NCBI GenBank assembly: GCA_963823335.1
Contig: CAWGLD010000004.1
Coordinates: forward strand, 224,001 to 288,000
Origin: an uncultured delta proteobacterium
GTDB taxonomy: Bacteria; Desulfobacterota; Desulfobacteria; Desulfobacterales; B30-G6
DNA length: 64,000 nt
Direction of reading: 5' to 3'
Below, one piece after another: positions 51,020 through 61,025 of this stretch. Each line of letters starts with the position of its first letter. Within the stretch, counting starts at the first letter, position 1. The position numbers and the translations under genes were made by a program. The notes beneath the pieces are model-generated. The model was not told where the DNA came from, did not search any database, and was given only the letters and a program-made list of their open reading frames with translations.

Positions 51020-52825
51020 TTAACTATCCTTTGCCATGTTGTTTATGCAGTCTTGGGGTTGACAGGGAATCGTGATCGTAAACGAAGTCCCTTGGCCGGT
51101 GGCGCTATAAACCGCTATCTGCCCCTGATGGGCCTCGATAATTTTGTAGACGATGGCCAAGCCCAGCCCGGTTCCCCGTTTTTTGGTGGTAAAGTAGGGA
51201 TCGAAGATTTTATTGAGCTGATCAGGAGGAATCCCCGAGCCGGTGTCCTTCACGGTAATGTTGACATCGCCGTTTCCGGCTGCAGTGCATTGCACGGTCA
51301 GGGTGCCGCCGTTTTCCATAGCCTGGATGGCATTGATATAAAGGTTGAGAAGACACTGGGCCAGCCGGTCCGAATCTATCCATGGGTCGCAGACATCTTT
51401 TTCCGTATGCAAATCGATATCGATGTTCTTGTTGGCGGCATCCTGCTGAATCAGTTGTATGGACCGAGACAACAGTAATCCGATATCGTTCGGCTGCCTG
51501 TTCAGATCCGAGGGCCTCGCAAAATCCAATAATTCGGTGATCACCCGGTTTAAGCGATCCACTTCCTGTATCATGACACCTGCCGCTTCCCGGGCCTGAC
51601 TGCCGTCAGCAAACTGTCCAGCAAAAAATGTGGCCAGTGCCTTGATGGAGCTTAATGGATTTCTTACCTCGTGTGCCACGCCGGCAGCCAGTCCCCCCAT
51701 GGCGGCCAGTTTTTCCTGGCGGTGAATTTGATCCTGCAATCGACGAATTTCGCTCAAGTCCCTCAGTATGAGGACCTGCCCGACAAAATCGCCCGAGTTA
51801 TTCGTAATGCGGGTGGCACTGACACTTACCGCCGTTTTCCTGGTTCCTGAAAAAACACATTCCATTTCCTGCTCGGAAATCGTCTCCCCCTGATCAAGTT
51901 TTGGTTGCAGACCGCACAATCCATCAGGCAGAATTGTCAGCGGATTCTTGTTCAGGGTGACTGTTTTTTTCAGACCCGTAATTTTTTCAGCCGCGGCATT
52001 GAAAAAAGTTATCCGTCCAGACCGGTCCGTGGCAATCAAACCGACGGGCAGATGGCTGACCACCTCGTCGGCAAAAGCACTGGTGTCCTGCAATGACTTC
52101 CTGGCACCCCGATAACTGTACATCCAAAACAACGACACAAATCCGCCAAACCCCAGAACGAGCATGATGACAGACAGTACCACCGTGGTTCGTATATCAC
52201 CCTGAATCGCCTCTTCAAACGGGGTAACGTCCAAGCCTACCACAATCAACAGTTTTTGGCGTTTGTCCGCTGAAAGCCAATCCCCGGTTGAATCGGATCC
52301 CATACCATGCCGCTGCATCATCGACTGCATACGGCCAAAGGGCTTGTTTCCGTCGAAGGTCAAGGGGCGAAAATGCCGATGGACTTCAAATACTCGCTGC
52401 TGGTTGCTGCGTGTCACCAATTCCCAGTTTTCAAGTTCATCCGGTCCAAGATGCGTTATCTGGCGATCCTGATCAAACGGTTGATCGATCCTTAAAGGGT
52501 CGCTGTGAGCAACTGCCCGGCCGTTTTGATCAATGACCGCCATGTAGAGAACATCCGGCAGGCGAGCGGTTTCCTCGAGCAGTCGCTGTATCTGCTGCCC
52601 CCCCCACCGCATACCCATTATTCCCGTTCGGGCACCTGCCTCCACGGCTCGAATAAGCGCTGCACCCTTGGCACTCATAAGCTCCGACATATAGCGCCGT
52701 TCCCGGTTGGTGTTTTGAAATGCCAGCACCAACACGACAATCAGCAGGATGACGGTCAATCCCAGAATGATCCAGGGCGACGTTTGCATTCCTGTGCGCA
52801 GGCCGCTTTTGGATGGTTGCACCAT
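51020..52825 (-). CDS. Sensor histidine kinase with PAS (ZraS-like)
   Basis: LIRAVEAGARTGIMG (ZraS-like), AHEVRNPL, NA.QAM, DTG.G, GTGLGL. Confidence 0.9.
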   Translation of the reverse strand: MVQPSKSGLRTGMQTSPWIILGLTVILLIVVLVLAFQNTNRERRYMSELMSAKGAALIRAVEAGARTGIMGMRWGGQQIQRLLEETARLPDVLYMAVIDQNGRAVAHSDPLRIDQPFDQDRQITHLGPDELENWELVTRSNQQRVFEVHRHFRPLTFDGNKPFGRMQSMMQRHGMGSDSTGDWLSADKRQKLLIVVGLDVTPFEEAIQGDIRTTVVLSVIMLVLGFGGFVSLFWMYSYRGARKSLQDTSAFADEVVSHLPVGLIATDRSGRITFFNAAAEKITGLKKTVTLNKNPLTILPDGLCGLQPKLDQGETISEQEMECVFSGTRKTAVSVSATRITNNSGDFVGQVLILRDLSEIRRLQDQIHRQEKLAAMGGLAAGVAHEVRNPLSSIKALATFFAGQFADGSQAREAAGVMIQEVDRLNRVITELLDFARPSDLNRQPNDIGLLLSRSIQLIQQDAANKNIDIDLHTEKDVCDPWIDSDRLAQCLLNLYINAIQAMENGGTLTVQCTAAGNGDVNITVKDTGSGIPPDQLNKIFDPYFTTKKRGTGLGLAIVYKIIEAHQGQIAVYSATGQGTSFTITIPCQPQDCINNMAKDS

Positions 52826-52970
52826 GATGTGTCCTTTCAGTCAGCCCGAACATTTCGAATTCTTGAGATGCCCAGGTCAGGTGATCCGATAACACAACCT
52901 AAGACATGCGGGTAAATTGTAAACATATTTGCCCGTCAAAAAATATAAATCGTATAATATTTATACCAAA

Positions 52971-53012
52971 ATAAATTTGTTTCACAAATTTATCTGACGC
53001 GACGTTGTCGCT
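52971..53012. repeat. Double-hairpin repeat family B, copy 2
   Basis: ATAAATTTGT-ttc-ACAAATTTAT-CtgAC-GCGAC-gtt-GTCGC-T. Confidence 0.8.
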
Positions 53013-53119
53013 TCTTGGGGTACGTAACTTGCCGGAGTAATCGCATCGGGTTTACTTCAATTTGACTGCAATGACTTTGGTGGTTACTGTTTTTACAATT
53101 GTTCAGAATGGGGTAATGT

Positions 53120-53896
53120 ATGAAAAAGTTAACTCGATTGAAAAATAGATGTATTGCCCGACTGGCGCATCTAAATCCCGCCTTCGCAGAATTTCTTACG
53201 GCATCCTATACACCCCAAAGATCAGAAGATGTTCCCTGGACACCGATAAAAAAACCATTGGCCGAATCCAAAATAGCTCTGGTTACGACGGCCGGTGTCC
53301 ACCATGCTCACCAAAAACCCTTTGACATGCAGGACCCCGCAGGGGATTCCACGTATCGAATGATTGACACAGAGACCATCGAACAGGATTATCTTATCAC
53401 ACACGACTATTATGATCACCGGGATGCAGAGAACGATCTAAACATTATATTTCCGGTTACACGGCTCAGGGAAATGGCCGCGGATGGGATTGTGGGCAGC
53501 GTCGCCGGGCATCATGTCAGCTTTATGGGTCATATCAAAGGCTCTCACCTGGAAAGTTTAATTGAAAACGATGCACCGGAAGTGGCTGCCCGTTTTGTAC
53601 AGGATCACGTTGATGCGGTTCTCCTGACACCGGGCTGAGGTCTGTGTAATCAATCCGTTGGATTGATTCAAAGGGAAATTGAAAGGCAGGGCATTCCAAC
53701 CGTAGGAATATCCATCGTCAGATCATATACCGAAAACGTCAGGCCACCTCGATCGATTTACCTGCGTTTGCCCTTTGGGCATCCATTGGGAGAACCTTTC
53801 AATACTGCCCAACAAACCGCCCTGATCGGCAAGGCCTTTGATGCTCTCTATTCCATTTCAACACCTGGAGAAATTGTAGACATACAAACTCCTTAA
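53120..53896 (+). CDS. GrdB/PrdB-like selenoprotein (258 aa, Sec at TGA 53636-53638, U-G-L-C)
   Basis: KIALVTTAGVH...D.N..FP..RL...VDAVLLTPG-TGA-GLCNQSVGLIQREIE..GIPTV...PFGHPLG in one frame; hairpin 3' of TGA. Confidence 0.88.
53648..53668 (+). promoter_or_regulatory. Bacterial SECIS-like hairpin
   Basis: AATCAATCC-GTT-GGATTGATT perfect 9-bp stem; loop begins with G, 18 nt after UGA. Confidence 0.75.
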
Positions 53897-53929
53897 AAAT
53901 CACATGAAAAAAATCAATACGCCCCTAGG

Positions 53930-55117
53930 TTATGCCGCATCAAACCAATCCCGAGTCCTCAGGCAGATCCGGACCAGCATCAGCATGACCGGGACTTCGA
54001 TCAGAACACCCACCACCGTGGCCAGTGCAGCACCCGATGACAGTCCAAAGAGCATGGTAGAGGTTGCAATGGCCACTTCGAAGTGATTGGAGGCACCGAT
54101 CATGGCCGCCGGTGCCGCGTTTTCATAAGAAAGCTTCAATTTCTTGGCCAGCCAGTAGCCGAGAACAAAAATCAGCAGGGTCTGGACAAACAATGGAACG
54201 GCAATCCACAAAATGGTCAATGGATTGGCCACGATCACCTCTCCCTTGAATGAAAACAACAACACCAGGGTTATCAGCAGGGCAATGATCGTGATGGGTG
54301 TCAGTACATGTAGAAACGTCTGTTTGAACCATTCTGCACCCTTCAAGGCGATAATCCATTTGCGGGAGAGGTAACCGGCTACCAGTGGAAGCGCCACATA
54401 GATACCGATAGAAAGCAGCAATGCCTGCCAGGGCACCGGCAGTCTTCCCACACCCAGCAGAAATCCGCCTAAAACACCATAGAGCACCAGCATGGCCAGG
54501 GAGTTGATTGCCACCATCACCAGGGTAAGCCCGTCATTGCCCCGGGACAGATACCCCCAGACCAGGACCATGGCGGTGCAGGGCGCAATCCCCAGCAGGA
54601 TACAGCCGGCCAGGTAGCTTCGCCACAAGGGCACCTGAAGCATCTTTACGCCATCCACCATCAGCACGGTACCGGCGCCGTGTTCCGCCCCCACCGGCAG
54701 ATCCAGGCCAAAAGGCATCCTGACGATATCCACCGCATCCGGTCCGATGAATCCGAAAAACAGTGTGCCCAGAAAAAAAGAAGCAATACCATACATGGTA
54801 AAGGGTTTAATGGCCCAGTTGATAACCAGGGTCAGGAACACCGGTTTGCCACTCTTGCCGGCCTTGATGACTTCACCGAAGTCGATCTTCACCATGATGG
54901 GGTACATCATGAAGAACAGGCATACGGCAATGGGAATCGACACCACGGGTGCGTCGTTGACATGGATCGCCAGGCTGTCCAGATAACGGGCCATGCCGGG
55001 AGCCACTTTTCCCAATAGAATGCCGGCAACAATACAAAGGATCACCCACACAGATAAATAGCGTTCAAACAGACTGCTCATTTTACGGGTATTGTTCTGA
55101 GTTGGCTGAAGATTCAT
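53930..55117 (-). CDS. acr3: Acr3 arsenite efflux transporter
   Basis: [58 protein letters not shown]. Confidence 0.93.
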   Translation of the reverse strand: MNLQPTQNNTRKMSSLFERYLSVWVILCIVAGILLGKVAPGMARYLDSLAIHVNDAPVVSIPIAVCLFFMMYPIMVKIDFGEVIKAGKSGKPVFLTLVINWAIKPFTMYGIASFFLGTLFFGFIGPDAVDIVRMPFGLDLPVGAEHGAGTVLMVDGVKMLQVPLWRSYLAGCILLGIAPCTAMVLVWGYLSRGNDGLTLVMVAINSLAMLVLYGVLGGFLLGVGRLPVPWQALLLSIGIYVALPLVAGYLSRKWIIALKGAEWFKQTFLHVLTPITIIALLITLVLLFSFKGEVIVANPLTILWIAVPLFVQTLLIFVLGYWLAKKLKLSYENAAPAAMIGASNHFEVAIATSTMLFGLSSGAALATVVGVLIEVPVMLMLVRICLRTRDWFDAA

Positions 55118-55185
55118 GGTCTGTCCACTCCTGTTAAAATTATTTATCGGGTCAATCGTTACTGTGATCTTATCAGAAGCCGGCA

Positions 55186-55893
55186 TCAAGCAGAGGCAAT
55201 AAACGGGTTAAGAATAAAATAGAAGCCCAGGAGGGCAATAACGACACCGGCTCCTTTGCGAAACCATAGACCGGCTCCCTGCCAGGAACTGTTTTCAGTC
55301 AATTTCCGCACCCATGCAGTGGAGCTGCCTGCCACCAGTATGGGGAGACAATGCCCCAGGGCAAACAGGACAATCAGAAAAACACCTGTCATGATCTCCT
55401 GCTGAATGGTGACAATCGCCAGGATCGGCGCGATGAACCCGAACGTACACGACCCGGACAGGACACCATAGGCCAGACCCAGAACAAAGGCGCCTGAAAC
55501 CCCTTTGATATTCAGCCTGTAAAGCAAGGATCCGGACATGGAGCATGCCTCGACGCCCAGCATACCCAGGGCCACCCAGATCAGCATCCCTCCCACCAGC
55601 ACCTGCCACCAGATACCCACGTCTCCAAGCATTCTGCCCAGCCAGATACATATCAGACCTACCAGTGCAATCGTGATAAACAATCCCAGTGTAAAAGCCC
55701 CGGCAAACCACCCGGCCGTCTTTGGGTTGACAGCTGTTTCCTGGCCAGCCACATAGGCCACGATCAACGGTATGGATGCCAGATGACAGGGGCTGAAAAG
55801 AACACTTATCATTCCCCATGAAAAACTGCCTATGGCAGCATACCAGGAACCAGCCGTCATCCAGCTGTTTACGGCAAGAAATAAAGTTTCCAA
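55186..55893 (-). CDS. ccdA: CcdA/DsbD-family thiol:disulfide transporter
   Basis: [10 protein letters not shown] and GSCT..F.APIL transmembrane Cys motifs. Confidence 0.85.
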   Translation of the reverse strand: METLFLAVNSWMTAGSWYAAIGSFSWGMISVLFSPCHLASIPLIVAYVAGQETAVNPKTAGWFAGAFTLGLFITIALVGLICIWLGRMLGDVGIWWQVLVGGMLIWVALGMLGVEACSMSGSLLYRLNIKGVSGAFVLGLAYGVLSGSCTFGFIAPILAIVTIQQEIMTGVFLIVLFALGHCLPILVAGSSTAWVRKLTENSSWQGAGLWFRKGAGVVIALLGFYFILNPFIASA

Positions 55894-55908
55894 GATATCA
55901 AACCCAAA

Positions 55909-55950
55909 ATAAAATCGTAGAACGATTTTATCGAACGCGACGTTGTCGCT
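55909..55950. repeat. Double-hairpin repeat family B, copy 3
   Basis: ATAAAATCGT-aga-ACGATTTTAT-CgaAC-GCGAC-gtt-GTCGC-T. Confidence 0.8.
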
Positions 55951-55972
55951 CTATAACGATAGGCATTCAAAT

Positions 55973-56377
55973 TTAATCAATGCCCATGGAATGTAAAACA
56001 CCGACAATCGCTTTCTCGCTAAAAAATCCTACATGCCGGTAGGTTTCCTTTCCTGTTTCATCATAAAATATCTGTGTCGGAATGACCTTGACACCATATT
56101 TGATCGCCTGATCCTTATTCTCCCAGACATCGATAAAAACGATGGCAGCTTTGCCTTCATACTGCTTTTCCATCTTCTCCATGATGGGTGCCATCATTTT
56201 ACAAGGGACGCATTTTTTGGCGCCCAGATCGATCATAGTAACCATGCCTTCGACCGGTAGCCGGTTCAGGTCTACATGACTCTCTGCATAACAGTTCAAC
56301 CCGGGCATCAGAATAGCCAGGGACAAAACCAGGGGAATCTTTATAAACTTGATTGTTACTCTTTGGATTCGATTCAT
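55973..56377 (-). CDS. Exported thioredoxin-family protein
   Basis: Signal peptide; CVPC, IPTQIF, RHVGF. Confidence 0.85.
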   Translation of the reverse strand: MNRIQRVTIKFIKIPLVLSLAILMPGLNCYAESHVDLNRLPVEGMVTMIDLGAKKCVPCKMMAPIMEKMEKQYEGKAAIVFIDVWENKDQAIKYGVKVIPTQIFYDETGKETYRHVGFFSEKAIVGVLHSMGID

Positions 56378-56408
56378 ACAGTTCGGCTTTCCTTTGCCAT
56401 CACCAATA

Positions 56409-56645
56409 TTATGCGCTGATCCATAATTTGATTTCTTCTGCTTTGGGAATCTTGCCCACACTCTTCACCTCACCGTCAACAACCACAGCTGGTGTTCCGA
56501 AAACGCCGTAGCCGGAAATTTCCATGATATCGGTGATCTTTTCCACTGTTGCGCTTACACCGGCCTCTTTAACGACTTCTTGGACAATCTTTTCCGTCTG
56601 TTGACACTTGGGACATCCAGGCCCCAATATTTTGATATCCACCAT
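56409..56645 (-). CDS. Small redox-active disulfide protein (MTH895/Thioredoxin_3 family)
   Basis: IKILGPGCPKC...YGV..TPAVVVDGEVK.VGK.P; GGAGG RBS. Confidence 0.9.
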   Translation of the reverse strand: MVDIKILGPGCPKCQQTEKIVQEVVKEAGVSATVEKITDIMEISGYGVFGTPAVVVDGEVKSVGKIPKAEEIKLWISA

Positions 56646-56728
56646 ACCCTCCTTCTTAATTAAACTTTCTTCCGTCAGTACTATTGGCCCAAATGAGTCT
56701 TTACCTTGATAACCCAAAAATTTGACCA

Positions 56729-56819
56729 GTCTGATCGGCTTTAAGCAAGGCATTCAAGCCTGAAGCCGTAGTGAAACTACTGCGAAGGCTTAATAACGCA
56801 GCACCAGAGTCGATCAGAC
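56729..56819. repeat. Short inverted-repeat-bounded element overlapping the permease stop codon
   Basis: gtctgatcggct ... agtcgatcagac; inner gtagt-gaa-actac hairpin. Confidence 0.6.
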
Positions 56820-58142
56820 AAAAAAATGGCCGAAAATAAGACCGCTGAGACTAGCCATCAGCACCACCAGACTCACAAAAACCACTGTTTTGGCAGTCCC
56901 AATCACGCTGCGGATAACCAGCATGTTGGGAAGGCTCAATGCCGGTCCGGCCAGCAGCAATGCCAGGGCCGGTCCTTTGCCCATGCCTGCACCGATCAGT
57001 CCCTGCAGGATCGGCACCTCGGTCAACGTGGCAAAGTACATAAAGGCTCCCACCAGGGATGCGAAGAGGTTGGACCCGAGCGAATTGCCCCCCACCAGGT
57101 TGCTGACCCAATGCGAGGGGATCACCCCTTCTGAACCCGGACGCCCCAGCAGAAAACCGGCTGCCAGAACGCCAGCCAGCAGGAGCGGGGCGATCTGTTT
57201 CGCAAAGTCCCAGGATGAGACAAACCATGTTTCAGTTTCGCCACGTGTGGTGGTCAGAAGCATGACAAAGGCGATGATACCGACAGAAAAAGCCATGAGC
57301 GGCTTTTCGGGAAAAGCCAGTGCCAGAATCAGTACAACGATCCCGGCCACGACAACTTTAACCGTTTTTACCCCCATCCATCGGATCATCATACCACCCA
57401 TAATCGCTGAAAAAATACCGGTGAGCCACCATTTTACAACGTATACAGCAAACCATAATCCACCCGCCTCCTCGGGCCTGCCCCAGGTAGCAAATATCAA
57501 AAGCAGCACCATTACGCCAAAAAAAAGCGTATTCTGCCAAAGAGGACGCTTCACTTCCGCTTCCGGCAGATACATGGCAGCCTCGGCTTTGGCTTTTTCC
57601 TCTTTGCGGTATATCAGGTGCATGAACAGGCCGATCACGACACTGAACACAATGGCTCCGACTGCACGTGCGAGACCGATTTCAGGCCCCAAAATACGCG
57701 CGGTCAAAATGACGGCCAGAACGTTAACCGCCGGCCCGGAGTATAGAAACGCGATGGCCGGTCCCAAGCCCGCGCCCCGCTTCCATATACCTGCAAACAA
57801 TGGCAGAACCGTGCAGGAACATACCGCCAAGATAGAACCGGAGACACTGGCAACCCCATATGACAGTACCTTGGGGGCACCGGCACCCAGGTATTTCATC
57901 ACAGACGCCTGGGAGACGAACACGGCGATGGCACCGGCAATAAAAAAAGCCGGCACCAGACACAGCAGTACGTGCTCCCGGGCATACCAGCGGGTTAAAG
58001 CCAAGGCCTCATGGATAGCATTCGAAAAACGGGAGCTCTCCAGGGGCAAAAAGAAGAAGATCAGAAAAGCGCCCGTTAGCAGGGCCAACGGCTTCCAGAT
58101 AGATTTCCAGTCCACGATACCGGGTTCTGTCCCGTGCTTCAT
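56814..58142 (-). CDS. ArsP-like permease (DUF318)
   Basis: CLVPAFFIAGAI, LAVCSCTVLPLF, FLYSGPA, MYFATLTEVP, LAGPALSLP. Confidence 0.88.
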   Translation of the reverse strand: MKHGTEPGIVDWKSIWKPLALLTGAFLIFFFLPLESSRFSNAIHEALALTRWYAREHVLLCLVPAFFIAGAIAVFVSQASVMKYLGAGAPKVLSYGVASVSGSILAVCSCTVLPLFAGIWKRGAGLGPAIAFLYSGPAVNVLAVILTARILGPEIGLARAVGAIVFSVVIGLFMHLIYRKEEKAKAEAAMYLPEAEVKRPLWQNTLFFGVMVLLLIFATWGRPEEAGGLWFAVYVVKWWLTGIFSAIMGGMMIRWMGVKTVKVVVAGIVVLILALAFPEKPLMAFSVGIIAFVMLLTTTRGETETWFVSSWDFAKQIAPLLLAGVLAAGFLLGRPGSEGVIPSHWVSNLVGGNSLGSNLFASLVGAFMYFATLTEVPILQGLIGAGMGKGPALALLLAGPALSLPNMLVIRSVIGTAKTVVFVSLVVLMASLSGLIFGHFFV

Positions 58143-58238
58143 GTCTGTTCCCCTTGACGGGCACCCAAATTTCTTAAGCCGTCATTCCAATGTTCCAGCA
58201 TTCCATTTTCCCATTCTAATAGAAGTGAGCTATGTTTA

Positions 58239-58260
58239 CATATCGTCATAAAGCAATACA
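58239..58260 (-). promoter_or_regulatory. Putative ArsR operator upstream of the permease
   Basis: CATATCGtcataaagCAATACA, resembles the 58649-58670 site. Confidence 0.5.
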
Positions 58261-58290
58261 TTCTTTTCCGATTTCAGCTCTACAGACAAA

Positions 58291-58638
58291 TCAGTTCCGG
58301 CCCAGTATTTCACACCTGTCAATGCGGACTATCTTTTCCAGGAGACCGGAAATTTCAGGTTCATCATTGAGCCAATGGCGCATATTGCCCAGCAGGTTGG
58401 ATGCATAAGGGCTTTGGCGGCCATCTGCCAGGAGATAGTTTACCCACAGCCCCTCTTTCTTGGAAACCACCAGACCTGCATCTTCTAATATTTTAAGATG
58501 TTTGCTGGCCGTCGACTGTGCAGTACCCAGGGCTGTCTGAATTTCACATACGCACATGACCCGCTTTCCCAGCATCTTGAGAATTTTGACTCTTGTGGGG
58601 TCAGATGAGGCTTTCATGACCTTTAAAAATTCTTTCAT
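58291..58638 (-). CDS. arsR: ArsR/SmtB family repressor
   Basis: KA.SDPTR..IL..L...MCVCEI...QSTASKHL..L..AGLV...EGLWV.Y. Confidence 0.92.
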   Translation of the reverse strand: MKEFLKVMKASSDPTRVKILKMLGKRVMCVCEIQTALGTAQSTASKHLKILEDAGLVVSKKEGLWVNYLLADGRQSPYASNLLGNMRHWLNDEPEISGLLEKIVRIDRCEILGRN

Positions 58639-58648
58639 TTTACGTCTC

Positions 58649-58693
58649 CATATCGCTTTTTTAGAATATAGTCTCCTCGCAACCTCTTGTCAA
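58649..58693 (-). promoter_or_regulatory. Sigma70 promoter with overlapping putative ArsR operator
   Basis: TTGACA-N17-TATATT on the minus strand; operator TATATTCTAAAAAAGCGATATG overlaps the -10. Confidence 0.75.
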
Positions 58694-58817
58694 GAGATGC
58701 TTGCCTCTTGGTCCGAAGTAACCGGAGATACCGGTGTGAGTTTTATAGACTCCCACATGCGCGGGAGTGACGGCATGCTTATCTATAGTATAATCGTACA
58801 GGGTATTACCGGGCAGG

Positions 58818-60158
58818 TCAGTGCACAGAATAAATTTGGGACTTGTATTTTTCGAAGGGAAGCGTCAAAGAAACAGTCGTACCTTTGCCGGGTATGCTGC
58901 GAAGATCTATATTGCCGCCATGGGCTTGGATGATGGTTTTACACAGGCTGAGCCCCAAACCGTACCCGCCGGTATCCCTGGATCGTGACTTGTCGACCCG
59001 GTAGAAAGGCTCCCAGATATAGGTCAAGACTTCCGGTTGGATACCGATGCCGTTATCCGCGATCTCGATGACGACCAACCCACCCCGGGCATCGATGGAA
59101 ATTCGAACCGTCTGGCTGTCTTCTGTGGAATATTTGATGGCGTTATCCAGCACGTTCTTCAGGACGATCTTGATCTGCTCGGGGTCCACCATACATGGAA
59201 ACGCTACCCCTGTGCTGCTGAACGCAACGCCGGGTGGCTGCTGACGATAGGTGGCAACGACATCATCGATGAGTCGGGCAAGATCAATTTCCCGGAGATC
59301 AAGACGGCTGTGGTCATGATGCATGCGGGCAGTCTCCAGAATATGGGTAATCATCTCCTCCATTTCTTGGATATCGGATTGCACCAGTTCTCTGGTTCGG
59401 CTCTCTTTTACAAATTCAAGCGCTACTTTCATGCGTGTCAAGGGAGAGCGCAGTTCATGGCTGACATCCCGCAGCAGTTGTTCCTTGGCGGTAATCATTT
59501 CGTCGAGACGTTGGGTCATGGCGTTGAAAGCCTGGGACAACTGGCCGAGTTCATCCGATTTTGTAACAGGAACCCGATGTTTCAGATTGCCACGACCGAC
59601 CTCTTTCACACCCGCATCCAGCCATTTGATGGGTCGCAGAATCCTTCGGATCAACACATAAGCACCCAGCAGAATCAGTGTGACGGATAAAACGATAAGA
59701 CCGTGAATCCATTTCAGGACCGGATTTCTTTCGTATTCACCCGACAATTCAAAGATAAAATCGCCCCTGACATGTCGGTATTCAATATAGAAACGGCCGT
59801 GGGACATCCCCCCGCGAATATTCGGTTTGTCACCCCAGGCTCTAAAATGGATTCTGTGGCGATCAATGGTATCAGGAGATGTGGACCAGGAGGAGTTCGG
59901 GCCCTGAAAGTGAATTTGAAGTCCGGCCTGGCGAGCCAATGCAGCGGCGCGTTCATAACTGGGAGGCGTCCCCAGATCATCGATGACATAATTGAGATAT
60001 TGATGGATATTGCTGTGAAAGGGCCGTCCAGCCATGGCTCGGTAAGCCCAGAAAAATCCCCATAGCGTGACATTGATGGCGATGCCGGCGATCAGAATGA
60101 TCATCACCATTTTGGTAAAGACAGAGTTAAAAAACTTTTTGAACCAGTGCGGGGGCAT
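58818..60158 (-). CDS. HAMP histidine kinase (CpxA-like)
   Basis: 2 TM, HAMP, VSHELRSPL, NA.KY, D.G.G, RVDKSRSRDTGGYGLGL. Confidence 0.9.
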   Translation of the reverse strand: MPPHWFKKFFNSVFTKMVMIILIAGIAINVTLWGFFWAYRAMAGRPFHSNIHQYLNYVIDDLGTPPSYERAAALARQAGLQIHFQGPNSSWSTSPDTIDRHRIHFRAWGDKPNIRGGMSHGRFYIEYRHVRGDFIFELSGEYERNPVLKWIHGLIVLSVTLILLGAYVLIRRILRPIKWLDAGVKEVGRGNLKHRVPVTKSDELGQLSQAFNAMTQRLDEMITAKEQLLRDVSHELRSPLTRMKVALEFVKESRTRELVQSDIQEMEEMITHILETARMHHDHSRLDLREIDLARLIDDVVATYRQQPPGVAFSSTGVAFPCMVDPEQIKIVLKNVLDNAIKYSTEDSQTVRISIDARGGLVVIEIADNGIGIQPEVLTYIWEPFYRVDKSRSRDTGGYGLGLSLCKTIIQAHGGNIDLRSIPGKGTTVSLTLPFEKYKSQIYSVH

Positions 60159-60190
60159 AATCGTTTCGTGCTCCGGATTTTTATGACGAT

Positions 60191-60274
60191 AGCTTTAAGC
60201 GGTAAGCTATAAGCTATAAGCTTTAGGCTGTTACCGGTCAACCTGCTTACCGCTTATCGCTTATGGCTTATTGC
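60191..60274. repeat. Degenerate heptamer array, self-complementary
   Basis: taagcggtaagctataagctataagct ... gcttaccgcttatcgcttatggcttattgct. Confidence 0.75.
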
Positions 60275-60969
60275 TCACCCTTACCGATAAACACATACCC
60301 GGCACCCCATACGGTTTTGATATAGTTCGGCGCTCTGGGGTCGTCTTTCAATTTTTGCCGCAGACGGCTCATGGTGATATCCACGGAACGATTGAATGCT
60401 TCTGAATCCATCCCTCTCAGTTCCTGCAATATCTGATCTCTGTCGAGCACTTTGCCCGCATTTCTCATCAGCAACGCCAGTGCTGTGAACTCGTTGGTGG
60501 TCAAATCCAACAAATCATTGTTCAGACGGGCGCTGCGCCTGGCAAAATCGATCTCCAAAGGACCCAACGATAACTGACGGCTCTCCTCCATGCCGCTTGC
60601 CCGGCGTATCACCGAATGGATGCGGGCCACAAGCTCACGTGGTTCAAAGGGTTTGGACAAGTAGTCATCGGCTCCTAGCTCAAGCCCGACAATCCTGTCG
60701 GTGGTTTCCCCCCTGGCGGTCAGCATGATGATGGGCACGGTATGGGTCTCACGAATGGTTTTACAAACCTGAAACCCATCCATTTCCGGCAACATGATAT
60801 CCAGTATAACCAGATCGGGTGCCTCTTTTTTTAATATTTTAAGACCAAAACTCGGGCGTGTTGCGGTGAGGACGTTAAAACCGAATTCTCCCAAAAACGT
60901 CACCAGTAACCGATTCAGTTTTTTATCGTCGTCAATTATGAGAATCTTATACGTCATGAGTCGTCCCAT
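60268..60969 (-). CDS. OmpR-family response regulator (CpxR-like)
   Basis: ILIIDDD, LDIMLP, GADDYL.KPF.PREL, RSVD...SRLR.KL, TVWG.GY. Confidence 0.92.
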   Translation of the reverse strand: MGRLMTYKILIIDDDKKLNRLLVTFLGEFGFNVLTATRPSFGLKILKKEAPDLVILDIMLPEMDGFQVCKTIRETHTVPIIMLTARGETTDRIVGLELGADDYLSKPFEPRELVARIHSVIRRASGMEESRQLSLGPLEIDFARRSARLNNDLLDLTTNEFTALALLMRNAGKVLDRDQILQELRGMDSEAFNRSVDITMSRLRQKLKDDPRAPNYIKTVWGAGYVFIGKGEQ

Positions 60970-61025
60970 GATATTACACTATTTCTGCTGTTCGGTAAAA
61001 CAGATACCTGCATTACCGAACAGCA

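Noticed and set aside
56890-58251. 453-aa plus-strand ORF
   Set aside because: Antisense shadow of the ArsP-like permease with no recognisable motifs.
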